A DNA stretch of 64,000 nt from the human T2T-CHM13v2.0 reference genome, Homo sapiens: NCBI RefSeq assembly GCF_009914755.1, contig NC_060929.1; one strand, given 5' to 3'. Position numbers and translations under genes: made by a program. The notes below the pieces were generated by a model, which saw only the letters and a program-made list of their open reading frames with translations, was not told the origin of the DNA and ran no database searches. Positions within the stretch are counted from its first letter, which is position 1. Each line of letters begins with the position of its first letter. Positions 52,201 through 64,000 of the stretch are shown piece after piece.

Positions 52201-55200
52201 ACTATTTTTGTTTTAGAGTCTATCTCTTTCTTTAGATCTAGTAATATTTTCATTATGAATCTGAATGCTCTAGTGTCGGGTACATAAATATTTAGGATTG
52301 TCATATTCTCTTGCTGGATTGTTTCCTTTATCATGAACTTTTTCTATTCTTTTGACTTAAACCTGTTTTATCAGACATAAGTAAAGCTACTCCTCACTTT
52401 TGGTTTCTGTTTGCATGAAATATGTTTCTATCCCTTTACTTTTGGTCTATATGTGACTGTTTAGGTAAAGTCTATGTTTTTTGTAGGTAGCATACACTTG
52501 GATCATGTATTTTAAATCCATTCAGCCAGTTTATGTCTTTTCAGTGGAGAATTTCATCCATTTACACTAAGGGTTATTGTTGATATGTGAGGTTTTGTTC
52601 CTATCATATTGTTAATTGTTGTCTGGTTGTTTTGTGTATTTTTATTCCTTTCTTTTTCTCTTATTGATTATCTTTGTGGTTTGCTGATTTTCTGTGGTGG
52701 TACCATTTGAGTCTTTTCTCTTCCTCATTTGTGTACTTGCTTTACCAGTGAATGTTATATTTTTATGTGTTTTCAAGATGGTATATGTCACCCTTCACTT
52801 CCAGGTTTAGGACTCCCTTGAGCATTTCTTATAAGGCTGGACTAGTGGTGGTGAATTCCCTCAGCATTTGCTTATCTGGGAAAATTTTTATTTGTCCTTC
52901 ATTTGTGAAGGATAATTGTACTGCTACAATATTGTTGTGTGGCAGTGTTTTTCTTTCAGCACTTTGACTATGTGATCCCATTCTTTCCTCACCTATAAGG
53001 TTTCTCCTGAGAAGTCTGCTGTTAGTTTGATGAAAGCTCCTTTATTAGTGACTAGACCCTTTTCTCTTGCTGTTTTTAGAATTTTCTCTTTGTCGTTGAC
53101 TTTAGACAATTTGACTATAATGTGTCATGAAGAAGACCTTTTTGCATTGTATCTATTTAGGGGTCACCGGGCCTCCTGTATCTGGATGTCTAAATTTCTT
53201 GCTAGACTTGGAGAGTTTTCATCATTACTTTGTTAAATAGGTTTGCTATCCCTTTTGTTTTTTCTTCACCTTTTGGGACATCAAAAATTCAAATATTTTT
53301 TCACGTTATGGTGTCACATATACCACATAAGCTTTGTTCATTCTTTTTAATTCGTTTTTTTTCTTTAGTTTTGCCTGACTGGGTTATTTCAAAAGATCTG
53401 TCTTCAAGTTCTGAAATGTTTTTATTCTGATTAATCTAGTCTATTGTTGAAGCTTTCCAATGTATTTTACATTTTGTTTAATGTTTTCATTAGTTCCAGA
53501 ATTTGTGTTTGGTTCTTTTTAATAATATCTATCTCTCTGGTAAATTTCTCATTCACATCTTGAGTTCTTTTTCTGATTTATTTGTATTTTTTAAAATTCT
53601 CTTGTATCTCACTGGCCTTTTTAAATATCATTATTTTTAACTATTTGTATGGCATTTCATAAATTTATTTTTGATTGAGATCTGTTGCCAAAGAATTACT
53701 GTGTTCTTTGGAGGTATAATATTTCCTTTTTTTCATGTTGCCTGTGTCCTTACATTGATATCTGCACATCTGGTGTCACAGTCACTTTTTCCAATTTTTC
53801 AAATTTGCTTTTGAGGGACGGGGGTAATTTTTCCTGAAGTAGTATCCATGGTGCTGGTTGGAAGGGTTCTTTGGCTTTGATTCTAGACATATGTAGTAGC
53901 ATAGTCTTTGGTATGATTTTTTTCAGCTGTAAACAGCATTAGTCATGTCTGTGATTTCCTCAGTAGCTTAGGGTGTGGTTGTTAGTGGAGGCTGTGGTAA
54001 AGTTTTTCTGGGGACAAGGACATAGGGTGGGTCCATTCCTGGGCCCTAGTGGTTACAGTCACAGGCTGAACATGTCCGTCCTTGGGCTCCAGGACAGTGT
54101 ACACTAGCACCGGTGTCCATAAGTCCAGGTGGGTTAGTTCTTAGGTCTGCAGGCAGCTTGCTTGGGTGCTGGTAGTAGCAGTAGTGGGCTGGGTAGGCAG
54201 GTGGGTCTTGGGCCCCTGGGCAGCAGTTGTGGCATAGGCAATGGCAGTAGCAGTGAGACTAACCTCTGGGTCCCAAGTGGTCCATTTTGGTTTTCATGGT
54301 GGCTGTGATGAGCTGGGCAGGTCAGTCCCCAGACTTGCAGGTGGGACATGTGGGTGGGTGCCTACTATGGTGGTAGTGGCAGGTTGGGTAGGCCTGACTG
54401 CAGGCCCCCAGTAGGAGGCTTACAACAGAGGTAAACTGGGCCGGGCAGTCCTCAGGCCCCTGGACAGCATGTCTGGGCACTGCGAGGGCCGAGCTGGGCC
54501 AGGTGGATCTGTCCTCAGGCTCCCAGGTGGTAGGGTGATCCCCAGGACCAGTGTGGAATGCTTGGGCGGTGGTGGTAGCAGCTGTACTTCAGCCCTGCTA
54601 CTGGGGAGAGCAAGGTTACTTTGGTGGCAGTAACCATATGCAGGTGGCTGATGAGCATGCACTTTGCTTACACTTCAGACCTGGCTGTGTCAGCCTGCAT
54701 TGGCATCTGCTGCAGGAAGGGGATTTTTTCCTCAGGGCAACATAAAAATGCACAGTGACTTTGCTGCTGGGGCCAGTGAGGTATTTGCCAATGGCTTGTG
54801 CTTCAGCTCTGGCCCAGGGCTTCAGGCCATGCACCTGGCTGAGGTGGTGGCTGTGGGCTCGGAAGGTCAATGGGGTTCAAGAAATATGGAGCTATAGAGG
54901 CTCTTGGGTCTCCAGGCCAGATGCAGTCTGCTGGAGCTGGGCTGTCAGTATAGTGCCTTGCTGTAGCTGCTTAGGTGTTGGGAGTGTGTTTGGGATCCAG
55001 TGCGAGCTTTCTCTCCAGAGCAATGCCTTCACATGGTCTCCAGGCATACCCCCTAGGTTAGTCTAGGGGCTCATGAAAGTCTTGGAGCCTTCCCATGGCT
55101 AGGATGCAGGTATCTACAGTGGGAACGTGGACCTCTGGGAGCCACTCACTTACCCTTTTTTGCACTGGGTTGCCTCTCCAAGCTCCTAGCCAATCCCAGC

Positions 55201-55384
55201 CAAGCAGGCTGCCTCACTTACCTTTCCTTCTTGCTTTAGGTGTCTGTAGTCACTACTCTTTTGAATTCAAGTGTTCTTTCTTAGATGGTCCATTTGAAGT
55301 GTGATTATCTACTAACTATCTTGGTTCTTTATGAAGGAGGTGAGTACCAGATGCCTCTAGTCAGCCATTTTGAAGCCCCTCCCC
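49261..55384 (-). mobile_element. L1MA (MA3/4-like) retaining both ends (5'UTR to tail, about 6.1 kb), with internal deletions; inactive
   Basis: 3'UTR 'gtcagggtatttggagtgtcc'. ORF2 Cys domain at 50071-50280(-) and FTDDM at about 51269-51283. ORF1 relic about 52750-53750. GC-rich 5'UTR about 53950-55384 starting GGGGAGGGGCTTCAAAATGGCTGAC. Decayed TSD 49244-49259 / 55385-55400 (12 of 16 match). Confidence 0.92.
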
Positions 55385-55596
55385 GATTACTGTTACCTTA
55401 CACTACATCTTGAAATCAGATGGTATATGTTCTCTGATATTCTTTTTCAATGTTGTTTTAGCTAGCACAGATCCTTTGCATTTTCATGCAAATTTGACTT
55501 GCTAATTTCCACCCCCAAAATCCTGTTGACATTTTGATTAGGATTACAATGAATTTATGGATGAATTTGTGATAAAATTTAGATAATTTTCAGTCA

Positions 55597-55960
55597 TGTT
55601 TTAGTCTGTTTTCATACTGCTTTGAAAAAATACCTGAGACTGGGTAATTTATAAAGAAAAAGTGGTTTAATGGACTCACAGTTCCACATGGCTGGGAAGA
55701 CCTCACAATCATGGTGGAAGGCAAAGGAAGAGCAAAGGCACATCTTACATAGTGGCAGGCAAGAGAGTGTGTGAAGGGGAACTGCCTTTTATAAAACCAT
55801 CAGATCTCATGAGACTTATTCACAATCACAAGAACAGCATGGGAAAAACCCACCCCCATGATTCAATTATCTCCCACCAGGTCCCTCCCATGACACGTGG
55901 AGATTGTGGGAACTACGTTTCATGATGTGATTTGGGTGGGGACACAGCCAAACCATATCA
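55597..55960 (-). mobile_element. THE1 (B/C/D) solo LTR
   Basis: 364 bp, 'ggactcacagttccacatggctggg...ggggacacagccaaaccatatca'. Exact 5-bp TSD AGTCA (55592-55596 / 55961-55965). Confidence 0.95.
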
Positions 55961-56110
55961 AGTCATTATTTCTTTAAGCAATTTTTTGTCCATCCTCTCT
56001 CTCTTCTTCTGAAACTCCAATTATATGTATCCTAGGCCATTTGAAGTTGTCTCACAGCCCATTGATTTTCCCTATAGTTTTTCTCTCTTTTTCCTCTCTG
56101 TGTTTCATTT

Positions 56111-56476
<366 letters not shown>

Positions 56477-57569
56477 TAATTTTCTGTTAACTTCATCCAA
56501 TGTATTTTTCATTTCAGATATTGTATTTTTTACATCTACAAGTTCAGTTGGGTCTTTTATCTTACATGTCTCTCCTTGACATTTTACTTTCGTCTATCTT
56601 CTAGAACACAGAGAATGTAATGGTAATAACCTTTTAAATGTTCTTGTTTATTAATTCTATCATCTGTATTATTTCTGTGTGTTTCTTTTGATTGATTTTT
56701 CTCCTGATATGTGTAGTATTATCCTGCTTCTTGGCAATATGGTAATTTTTAATTGCTTGCCAGACATTGTTGATTTTACTGTGTTGTATGCTGGATATTT
56801 TTGTATTCTTTTAAATATTCTTAAGCTTTGCTCTGAGATTCATTTAAGCTACTTAGAAACAATTTAATCCTTTTGCAGCTTACTTTTTAAGCTTTGTTAT
56901 TCAAGGCCAGAACAGCCTCTAGTCTAAGACTAGTTTTTTTTTGTTAATGAGGCAATGCCCTCTGAATGTGCTATCTGATGCCCCTAAGCATGTGTAAAAT
57001 GAGGTTCTTCCACTCTGGCATAGGAACATAAACTATTCCTGGCTCTACATGATGATTGATGATTGTTTTATGTGTTCCTTTTGGGTGGATTTTTCCTGGA
57101 CTCAGGTAGTTTCTTTCCATGGATGTGATGATCAATACTCAGCTAAAGACTTGAGAGTCTGCAAATATCTGGAGCTCTCTCTGTGCAATTCTCTCCTCTC
57201 TGGTACTCTGCCCCATAAATCCTAGCTGCCTTTGCCTCCCAAAATTCTTAACTTAGGAGAATTTATAGGCTCTGTTTGGATTCCCCCTCTCTGCTATGGC
57301 CTGGAAACTATAGGCAGGCAGTAATTTGGGGTAACAAGTAGGGCTCACCTTGTTAGTTTCCCTTCTCTTGGGGACCACTGCTCTGAGCCCTGCAGTCTGA
57401 TGTCTGAAAACTGTGGTTTTATATATCTTGTAGGATTTTTTTGTTGTGTTGCTTAGGGTAGGAGGGTCAATCTAATTCCTCTTACTCATCATTCCTAGTG
57501 TCACTCTTCGTCAAGGCAATTTCTTGGTACTTTTCAACCTGGCCAAGGATTAGGTAAGATTGGTATAAG

Positions 57570-57675
57570 TGTGCATGCATGTGTTTAAATTTATATGTAT
57601 ATGTGTGATAAATATATATGTCTGTGCATACCTATGTGTGAGCACATGTATGTCATATGCTTGCATACATATGTG
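57570..57675. repeat. TATG/TG-rich low-complexity tract
   Basis: Seen directly. Confidence 0.7.
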
Positions 57676-59199
57676 CCTTTCCTTGAAGGATGTAAAGAGA
57701 ATTAACTAATCACCACAATACTTTGGCTATGTGCAAGGCATTCTTGCAGGTTGTATGCCAATCACATTTCTTTATGGGGGAGAAGAAGAAGAGAAAAAAG
57801 GGCTGCTGGGTGGGGCTCTGAGCTATCAATCCTTGAGAGATAAGAGGTACAACCAACTGAAATTATAATTCAAGTCCCCAGAATGGCCAGACAAATATTC
57901 TTTCTAAAAATGAACAGCAGGTAATAATTCAATCTGGGGGAGGGTATGTCAAAATGATACCTTATACTGGCACAGTGTTTTATAGTTTTTAAAATGTAAT
58001 TCTATCCATGGTCTTACTGGGAGGCACAACATATCTTTATTGTTATTATGATTATTACTAATCATCATTTATCAGGTCTGCTTATGAGAACTCATTTTAT
58101 GGCTGAATGAGAGAGGGTAGAAGGGATTAATGTCACTGGATGGCTGTGGCTGTTTCTACGATCTGAATCCCACTGGAGAAGCCTCTGGAGGGTGGACCAG
58201 AATAACTCTCCACTGTCTCCACTGTTAACACTGCTTCCATTTGTGGCGTCAATCTCAACCCTCCATTGACCTGACTGCACCTGCAGATAACATACATGAC
58301 AGAATGAAAATGGATAAACTACTATTGGTTTAATCAGTATTGACCAAGGAATGGGGTGGGAGGAGGGCAGGGGGGCAGAGAGTTCTGGGAATGAGGAGAA
58401 CTCTAATATATGGAAAAGAGTCAGACCTTATAAAGGCATTTTACAGTGTGGCAGGGACCAAAATTGTTGCATCACATGTTTATTGGGCCCCCAGGATCTG
58501 CTCTCACTGGAAAGTCCCAATCCCAATCTCATCTTTTGCTAACTGGCATTCTTGCTGACTTAGCAATTCTTGAGAAATCACCCTGATCCCTCTTGGCATG
58601 TTGCAGTTCTGTATTTACAAGTGGGATAAGGAATACATTTCTTAAAGTAAGATCTTGGCTAGTTGGGGTGGCAGGAATTCTGATTTGGAGGGAGCATCTA
58701 GAAAAGCACACCCCTAAGTATGTGCTGACTAGCTGGGTGGTCAGCAGCACCAAGGCACTCAAGGCCAGGCTTTTGGACAGCTTCCTAGGAATGGACCTGA
58801 TAGGAGGGTCATCCCACCATCGTCAAACTGCCCATGACAAGAGGACAAATATACCTTACAGTTTCTAGTCCTTCTAATGGAATGTGGGTTAACACTGAGC
58901 ACCTGAGGTTCCCGGACTTTGGGAACAACCCCATGGAGCACTCAGGAGTGGATGCCCTGCGGGAATCATTCCCCATTCCCAGCTTAGCTTGGATCTAGAA
59001 TGTCCCTGTGAGTTTTGAAATGGACAAGAAGTAGCATTCTCCCTGCAGTGTCAGCAGGCCATGTGGTAAACATGAGCTCTGGTTTCATTGCTGTGATTTT
59101 AGGATTTCAGCCTGGCAGAGACTTCATGCTGAATGCTGGTGATATCTAAGGGCCAGAAGAGACCCATTCGGTTTTCTTGAACATCTTCCACCTTCACTT

Positions 59200-60500
59200 T
59201 TTAAAGGCATTGTTACTATTTAAATGTATTTTTAATAGGTAACATATGTTCATGATATAAATTTCAAAAACACAAAATGAAAAATCCATGAGCAGTTTTC
59301 CTCCTTCTCCTGATCCCCAACAACTCGGTTCTCAGAATTAATCAATATTCCAGATTCTTGCATGTCTTTCTAGGTGTATTCTTTACACAACTGACAGGTA
59401 TGTCAGTGTGCAATTCTTTAATTTTTACTCCCTTCTCCCCCTTTTTTTTCCTCCACAAATGGTAGAGATAGCAGGTTAGTTCTAGGGACCTAGACTCGGA
59501 GATTGAGATTTGCAGGACAGGAATTTTCCTGGGGAGTGCCTTTGGGATCAACATCTGCAAGGAAGAGAAGGAAGCAGGATTGAGCATAGGGAGGGAGTAA
59601 ACTGTATTGCAGTCTCAACAGAGGCCTCCACCAGCTCTGTGGGGAGCTAGGATAGCCTTCAGAGTTGTCCCAATTTGGGTTGGAGGGGAGCAGGCCATTG
59701 AATGTGAGCATAATTTTCCAAAGGCTACTCTCTTCAGCCATGGGTAACTCCTGGAGAAGGACTTAACTGTCAGCCACCAACACTCACAGCAGCTGGGGGA
59801 TCTGGTTGGGCCCAGCACACAGCATCCCCTCCAGCAGCACATGTATGTTGCTTTTTTCACTTTACGGTAGATGTTGAAATTTGTTTCACATAACTGCATA
59901 AACTTCCTTATTCCATTTCTAATGGCTGCAGAGTGTTCCATTGTGTGGGTATAGCATATTTTACATAGTCAGTTTCCCATTGATAGACATTTGGTTTATT
60001 ACCACTCTTTTGCAATTATATCCTGTTCTGCAGGGTAGATTTATCTCTTCATAGACATGCAAGTAGTCAACTTACAGGGCCAAAAACTAGGTACACTTTT
60101 CATTTGGAAGCTATTATCCAATCCATCCACTGAGGCTGTATCAGTTTACACTCTCACGAGCAGTGTATGAGCTTGTCTGTTTTCCTGACCTTTGCCTGCA
60201 TTATATTATCAAAAATTTTAATTTTTCCCAATCTGAAAGGTTAAAAATGGTATCTTGTGGTAGTTTCAGTTTGAATTTCTCTTTTTTATGCGTGAGATTG
60301 AGGATCTTTTTGTTATGTCTAAAGCAATTTGCATCTCTTTTTTTTCTGCAAACTTTTTGATTATAGCCTTTGTCCACTTATCTTTTAGGTTTTTGGCCAT
60401 TCTCTTGTGGATTTTGTAGAAACTCTTTATATATTATTTTATATATTATGAAATTTTATATATTTTGAAAAATGTTATATATTAAGAAAATTCGACTCTT
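59200..60500 (-). mobile_element. Old L1ME-type 3' fragment, split by an LTR16
   Basis: 'ttttaataggtaacata...aatggctgcagagtgttccattgtgtgg...cccattgatagacattt...cagtttacactctcacgagcagtgtatgag'. Confidence 0.75.
59465..59838 (-). mobile_element. LTR16A-like ERVL solo LTR
   Basis: 'gagatttgcagg...ggggagtgcctttgggatcaacatctg...gaaggaagcaggattg...ccttcagagttgtccc'. Confidence 0.8.
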
Positions 60501-60568
60501 GTAATAGAAATTGACAAGTTAGCTCTTTATCTTAGGTAGGGAGAAGAAGCTATTTTAGATGTAAGGAC

Positions 60569-60861
60569 TTTTTTTTTTTTTTTTTTTGAGACAGACTTTT
60601 GCTCTTGTTGCCCAGGCTGTAGTGCAATGGTGCAATCTTGGCGCACTGCAACCTCTGCCTTCCGGGTTCAAGCAATTCTCATACCTCAGCCTCCTGAGTA
60701 GCTGGGATTACAGGCACGTGCCACCACACCCAGCTAATTTTTGTATTTTTAGTAGAGACGGGGTTTCACCATGTTGGTTTCTAACTCCTGACCTCAGGTG
60801 ATCCACCCACCTCGGCCTTCCAAAGTGCTGGGATTACAGGCGTGAGCCACCGCACCCAGCC
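60569..60861 (-). mobile_element. AluSq-like
   Basis: 'ttttgctcttgttgcccaggctg..gtgcaatgg'. TSD ATGTAAGGAC (60559-60568 / 60863-60872). Small deletion after 'catgttgg'. Confidence 0.95.
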
Positions 60862-61239
60862 TATGTAAGGACCTTTTAAAGAATAGGATCTGCGGCATTT
60901 CTGATTCCTATACATGACCTGTGTTCTTCCATCCACCACTGAATCCACATGCTGGGATTGAAGCCAGTTGCAGCTGTTCTGCCTTCAGTGGTGTGTCCCC
61001 TACTTTAGCAGCCCAGCAAGTCCTGCAGATTCCCTGGGGATTTTTGACCTGGAGTTCCTGTTCAGTAGACTTGGTGTTCCAGGCACAACAGCCCCTCCCA
61101 TCTCCCATCTTCTGTCTTTCAAGGTGACTGCTGCTGGAGCTGTCACACATTCTGTGACTTGGTTCATATGAGGCCGGAGCAAGCTGAACTTGAATGGAGC
61201 TTGTCAGAGAGTGTCCTCTCTATTATCATGGTATTGCAG

Positions 61240-61385
61240 TTGGGCAGCCCTGGGTTCAAATCTTCTCATCACCACTTAACCATCTCATCTTGGACACATC
61301 AGTTAATCTCTCTGAGGTGCAATTCCTCATCTCTATAATGGGAAAATTAGCAGGTGTTTCTGTGGGTTGTAGAGAGGATTAAATG
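61240..61385 (+). mobile_element. MIR SINE
   Basis: 'cctgggttcaaatc...ccacttaac...ttaatctctctgaggtgcaattcctcatctctataatggg'. Confidence 0.8.
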
Positions 61386-61436
61386 GATTAAATTTAATTA
61401 AACAGGTATTTCTGTGGGTTGTAGAGAGGATTAAAT

Positions 61437-61830
61437 TATGTCCAAACTGCTAGGCGTGGCTCACAAGGCCCTCAGAAGTGAGCTCCTCTTTGTCCCTCAG
61501 CTCTCTGACCCCTACCTTGTTGTTTGCACTCCAGCCACACTAAGTCTCTTCCAGTTCCTTGGATAACTGTACTTGGGCTAATGCCCATTTATCTCGCATG
61601 TCTCAGGGTAGTCTCCTCAGTGAAGCCTTCTCTGACTCCGCTGCTCCCCGTATGGTGGAGCCTTCCATGCTACACCCTGGCACACTATAGTACTTCATGC
61701 TTCTCATTTGCTGTGAACCTGTCTCCGCAGACCGAACATGCCATGAGGGCAGGGGCACTGCGTCTCTCCCCTGGGCTCAGTCCAGAACCTCATATTTAGC
61801 AGGCACCAGTGAAGTTTTACTGGACGACAG
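61437..61830 (+). mobile_element. L2 3' end
   Basis: 'tccaaactgctaggcgtggctcacaaggccct...cactccagccacact...ctcctcagtgaagccttctctgac...ccatgagggcaggggc'. Confidence 0.8.
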
Positions 61831-61990
61831 ATGGATGGTTGGATGGACAGCTAGATAGAAGAATGAATGAATGGAAAAAGGGAAGGAAGGATGGGAAGGG
61901 ATGGATAGATAGAGGGAATGAAAGGATAGACGGATATAAGTATGGAAGTATGGGTGGATGGAAGGATGAATAGATGAACTGATGGATAGA
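61830..61990. repeat. Degenerate (TGGA/GGAA/TAGA)n microsatellite expanded from the L2 tail
   Basis: gatggatggttggatgga...ggaaggaaggatgggaag...gatagatag. Confidence 0.8.
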
Positions 61991-63021
61991 CAAGGTGTTT
62001 AGGTTATCATCTGACATTCTGGGAAGAGCTTCATTTATTTCTGAAGGCTATGACTTGCTAACTTCAAAGAAAGGGAAAGGGTTGTTTTTTTTTTTTCCAC
62101 AGAGAAGCAGAATCCTGATATGAACAACCTAATGCCCTCTCAGCACAACCCAGACCATGACAATTTTTAAAACAATCCATTAAGTGGCTTATTGGCTTGA
62201 CTCATCCAGGATTTTCATGCCCAAAGATCATGAAGTTGTGCGCTCTTCTGTGTCTTGATGTCTTCACTCTGAGTGGGAACCAGGGAGACTGAAAGAATTC
62301 TGACATTAAGGAATCTTATTTACTCTGACATTAAAGAATCTTATTTACTCTTCAAAAAGGTTACCTACAGATTGGGTGAGAAGGTGAGCACTTTACCACC
62401 TATATATTTGGAAAATCATTAGGTAATTTTTGGAAAAGTCAGTCATAATGTATCAGAAGCTTAATCCTCTATGATTTTACAATGGCACTTAGAATTGCAG
62501 TATTTATACATGCAAAATGCTCCATTCATCTGCCAAGAAACATGGTGATCCAGACAAATCAGATTTCTGTGTAACTGAGATTTCTGTGTAACTGAGGCTT
62601 GATATTTAAATATTCATTTTATTTTTCTAACACTATTGTTATGACTCAAAGCATTTTTGAAATCTTTTATAATTTCCTTTATGTCAATTCAGGTCAAGTC
62701 TTTTTTTTAATGTTGCTGTTTTAATAAAGATATCTTCCCTTTCCTCCTTAGTAAATAGCACCTTAGACACAAGTCACAATTTCATAAAGACTTAGAGTTA
62801 TCATTGTAAACAGACATTGTTTTCCTGGATTCTTGTATTTGGTAATGTTCTCAGGGCTCTTGCAGAGTGAAATGGATGCTGACTGTTCTGTTTTTACTAA
62901 CAATTCTTCTCCTCTCCATGTTTATTGCATGGCTTTACTTTTGTCTGTTTTTGTCCTGAGTGTGGCTTATTGCATATGGGCTTTCTGATAACTACTTACT
63001 TTTCTGGGGTCTTTTTTCCCA

Positions 63022-63485
63022 ATTATTTTTAAATTGTGGTAAAATGCACATAATATAAAACCATATTAACCATTTTAAGTGTACAGCTCAGTGGTATTAA
63101 ATACTTGACACTCATTAATGTTGTACAGCCATCTCCCCCATCCATCTTCAGAACTCATTCATCTTGTAAAACTGAAGCTCTGTACCCATTAAACAATAGC
63201 TCCCCATTCACCCCTTCCCCAGCCCCAGCAACCGCCAAGTCTAGTTTCTGTCTGTGTGATTTTCACGACTCTAAGTACCTCACACAAGTGCAATCATACC
63301 GTATTTGTCTTTTTGTGAATGGCTTATTTCACTTGGTATTATGCCCATAAGATTCATCCAAGTCATAGCCTGTCAGGAGTTCTTCCCTTTTTAAGGCTGA
63401 ATAATATTCCGTCATATGTCTATATCACATTTTGCTTATCCATTCATCCACCAATGGATATTTGGATTGCTTCCATGTTTCTCTC
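63022..63485 (-). mobile_element. L1MB (MB3-like) 3' end
   Basis: 'aaattgtggtaaaat...ttaaccattttaagtgtacag...aaaactgaagctctgtacccattaaacaa...tttttaaggctgaataatattcc'. Confidence 0.92.
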
Positions 63486-64000
63486 AGGCTTTTTTTTTTA
63501 ACAGCCTCTGTGGATACAGTTGAATAGTTGACTTTATTGGTGTTCTGATCTCTAGATAATCCAGATATTCCTGTAAGAGATTTTGACTTAGGATCCAAAG
63601 TGCTCCTTGTGTTTCACTGCATGAATGTCTATGAAGAAGTTCAGCAACACTGAAGAAGTCATAGAATGATTTATTGCAGCTTAAACACACACACACACCA
63701 TGGAAAGAAATTGCAAAATAACTTATTCCATGAGGGAACATTGCTATCCAGGGAATATTGATTTGAGCATTCACATTCCCTGTAAACATGCTGAAAAAAC
63801 AAAGGCTAAAACGCCAACACTCTGTGAAAAGCCAACATTCATCCCATGCAATGGGATTCAGTGGAAAAGCAGGCCCTGAAGGCTGGGTTGGGCATGAGTT
63901 CATCGAGATGCAATTCTAGCTGCCACTGGTGCAGAGGAGAGTGGTAAATTGTACAACAGAGAGATGCTTTCACCAGCAGCTGCCCCCACTCCAGCCTGGC

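Noticed and set aside
55685-55705. PRDM9 hotspot motif in THE1
   Set aside because: The minus strand reads TCTTCCCAGCCAT, which does not match CCTCCCTNNCCAC.

Overview
This is primate (probably human) non-coding genomic DNA, as shown by AluS, THE1, MSTA and L1PB/L1MA elements and strong CpG depletion. I found no intact protein-coding gene, RNA gene, CpG island or CRISPR-like array, and I cannot identify the locus. The only ORFs with recognisable homology are decayed transposon proteins: L1 ORF2 RT and Cys-rich pieces, ERVL RNase H/integrase/dUTPase, and the MaLR internal ORF. The window is a patchwork of MIR, L2, L1, Alu, MaLR/ERVL/ERV1 LTRs and hAT/Tc2 DNA transposons. The most notable items are an 88-bp local templated duplication with 10-bp flanking direct repeats, a chain of interlocking palindromes, two converging deleted ERVL proviruses (one with an unexplained, possibly env-like tail), a multi-layer L1/L1/THE1/Alu nest and several candidate enhancer or lncRNA-exon signals. 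The sequence does not support a new biological system. Subfamily names come from recalled consensus motifs and should be confirmed with RepeatMasker/Dfam. Boundaries of old repeats are approximate.
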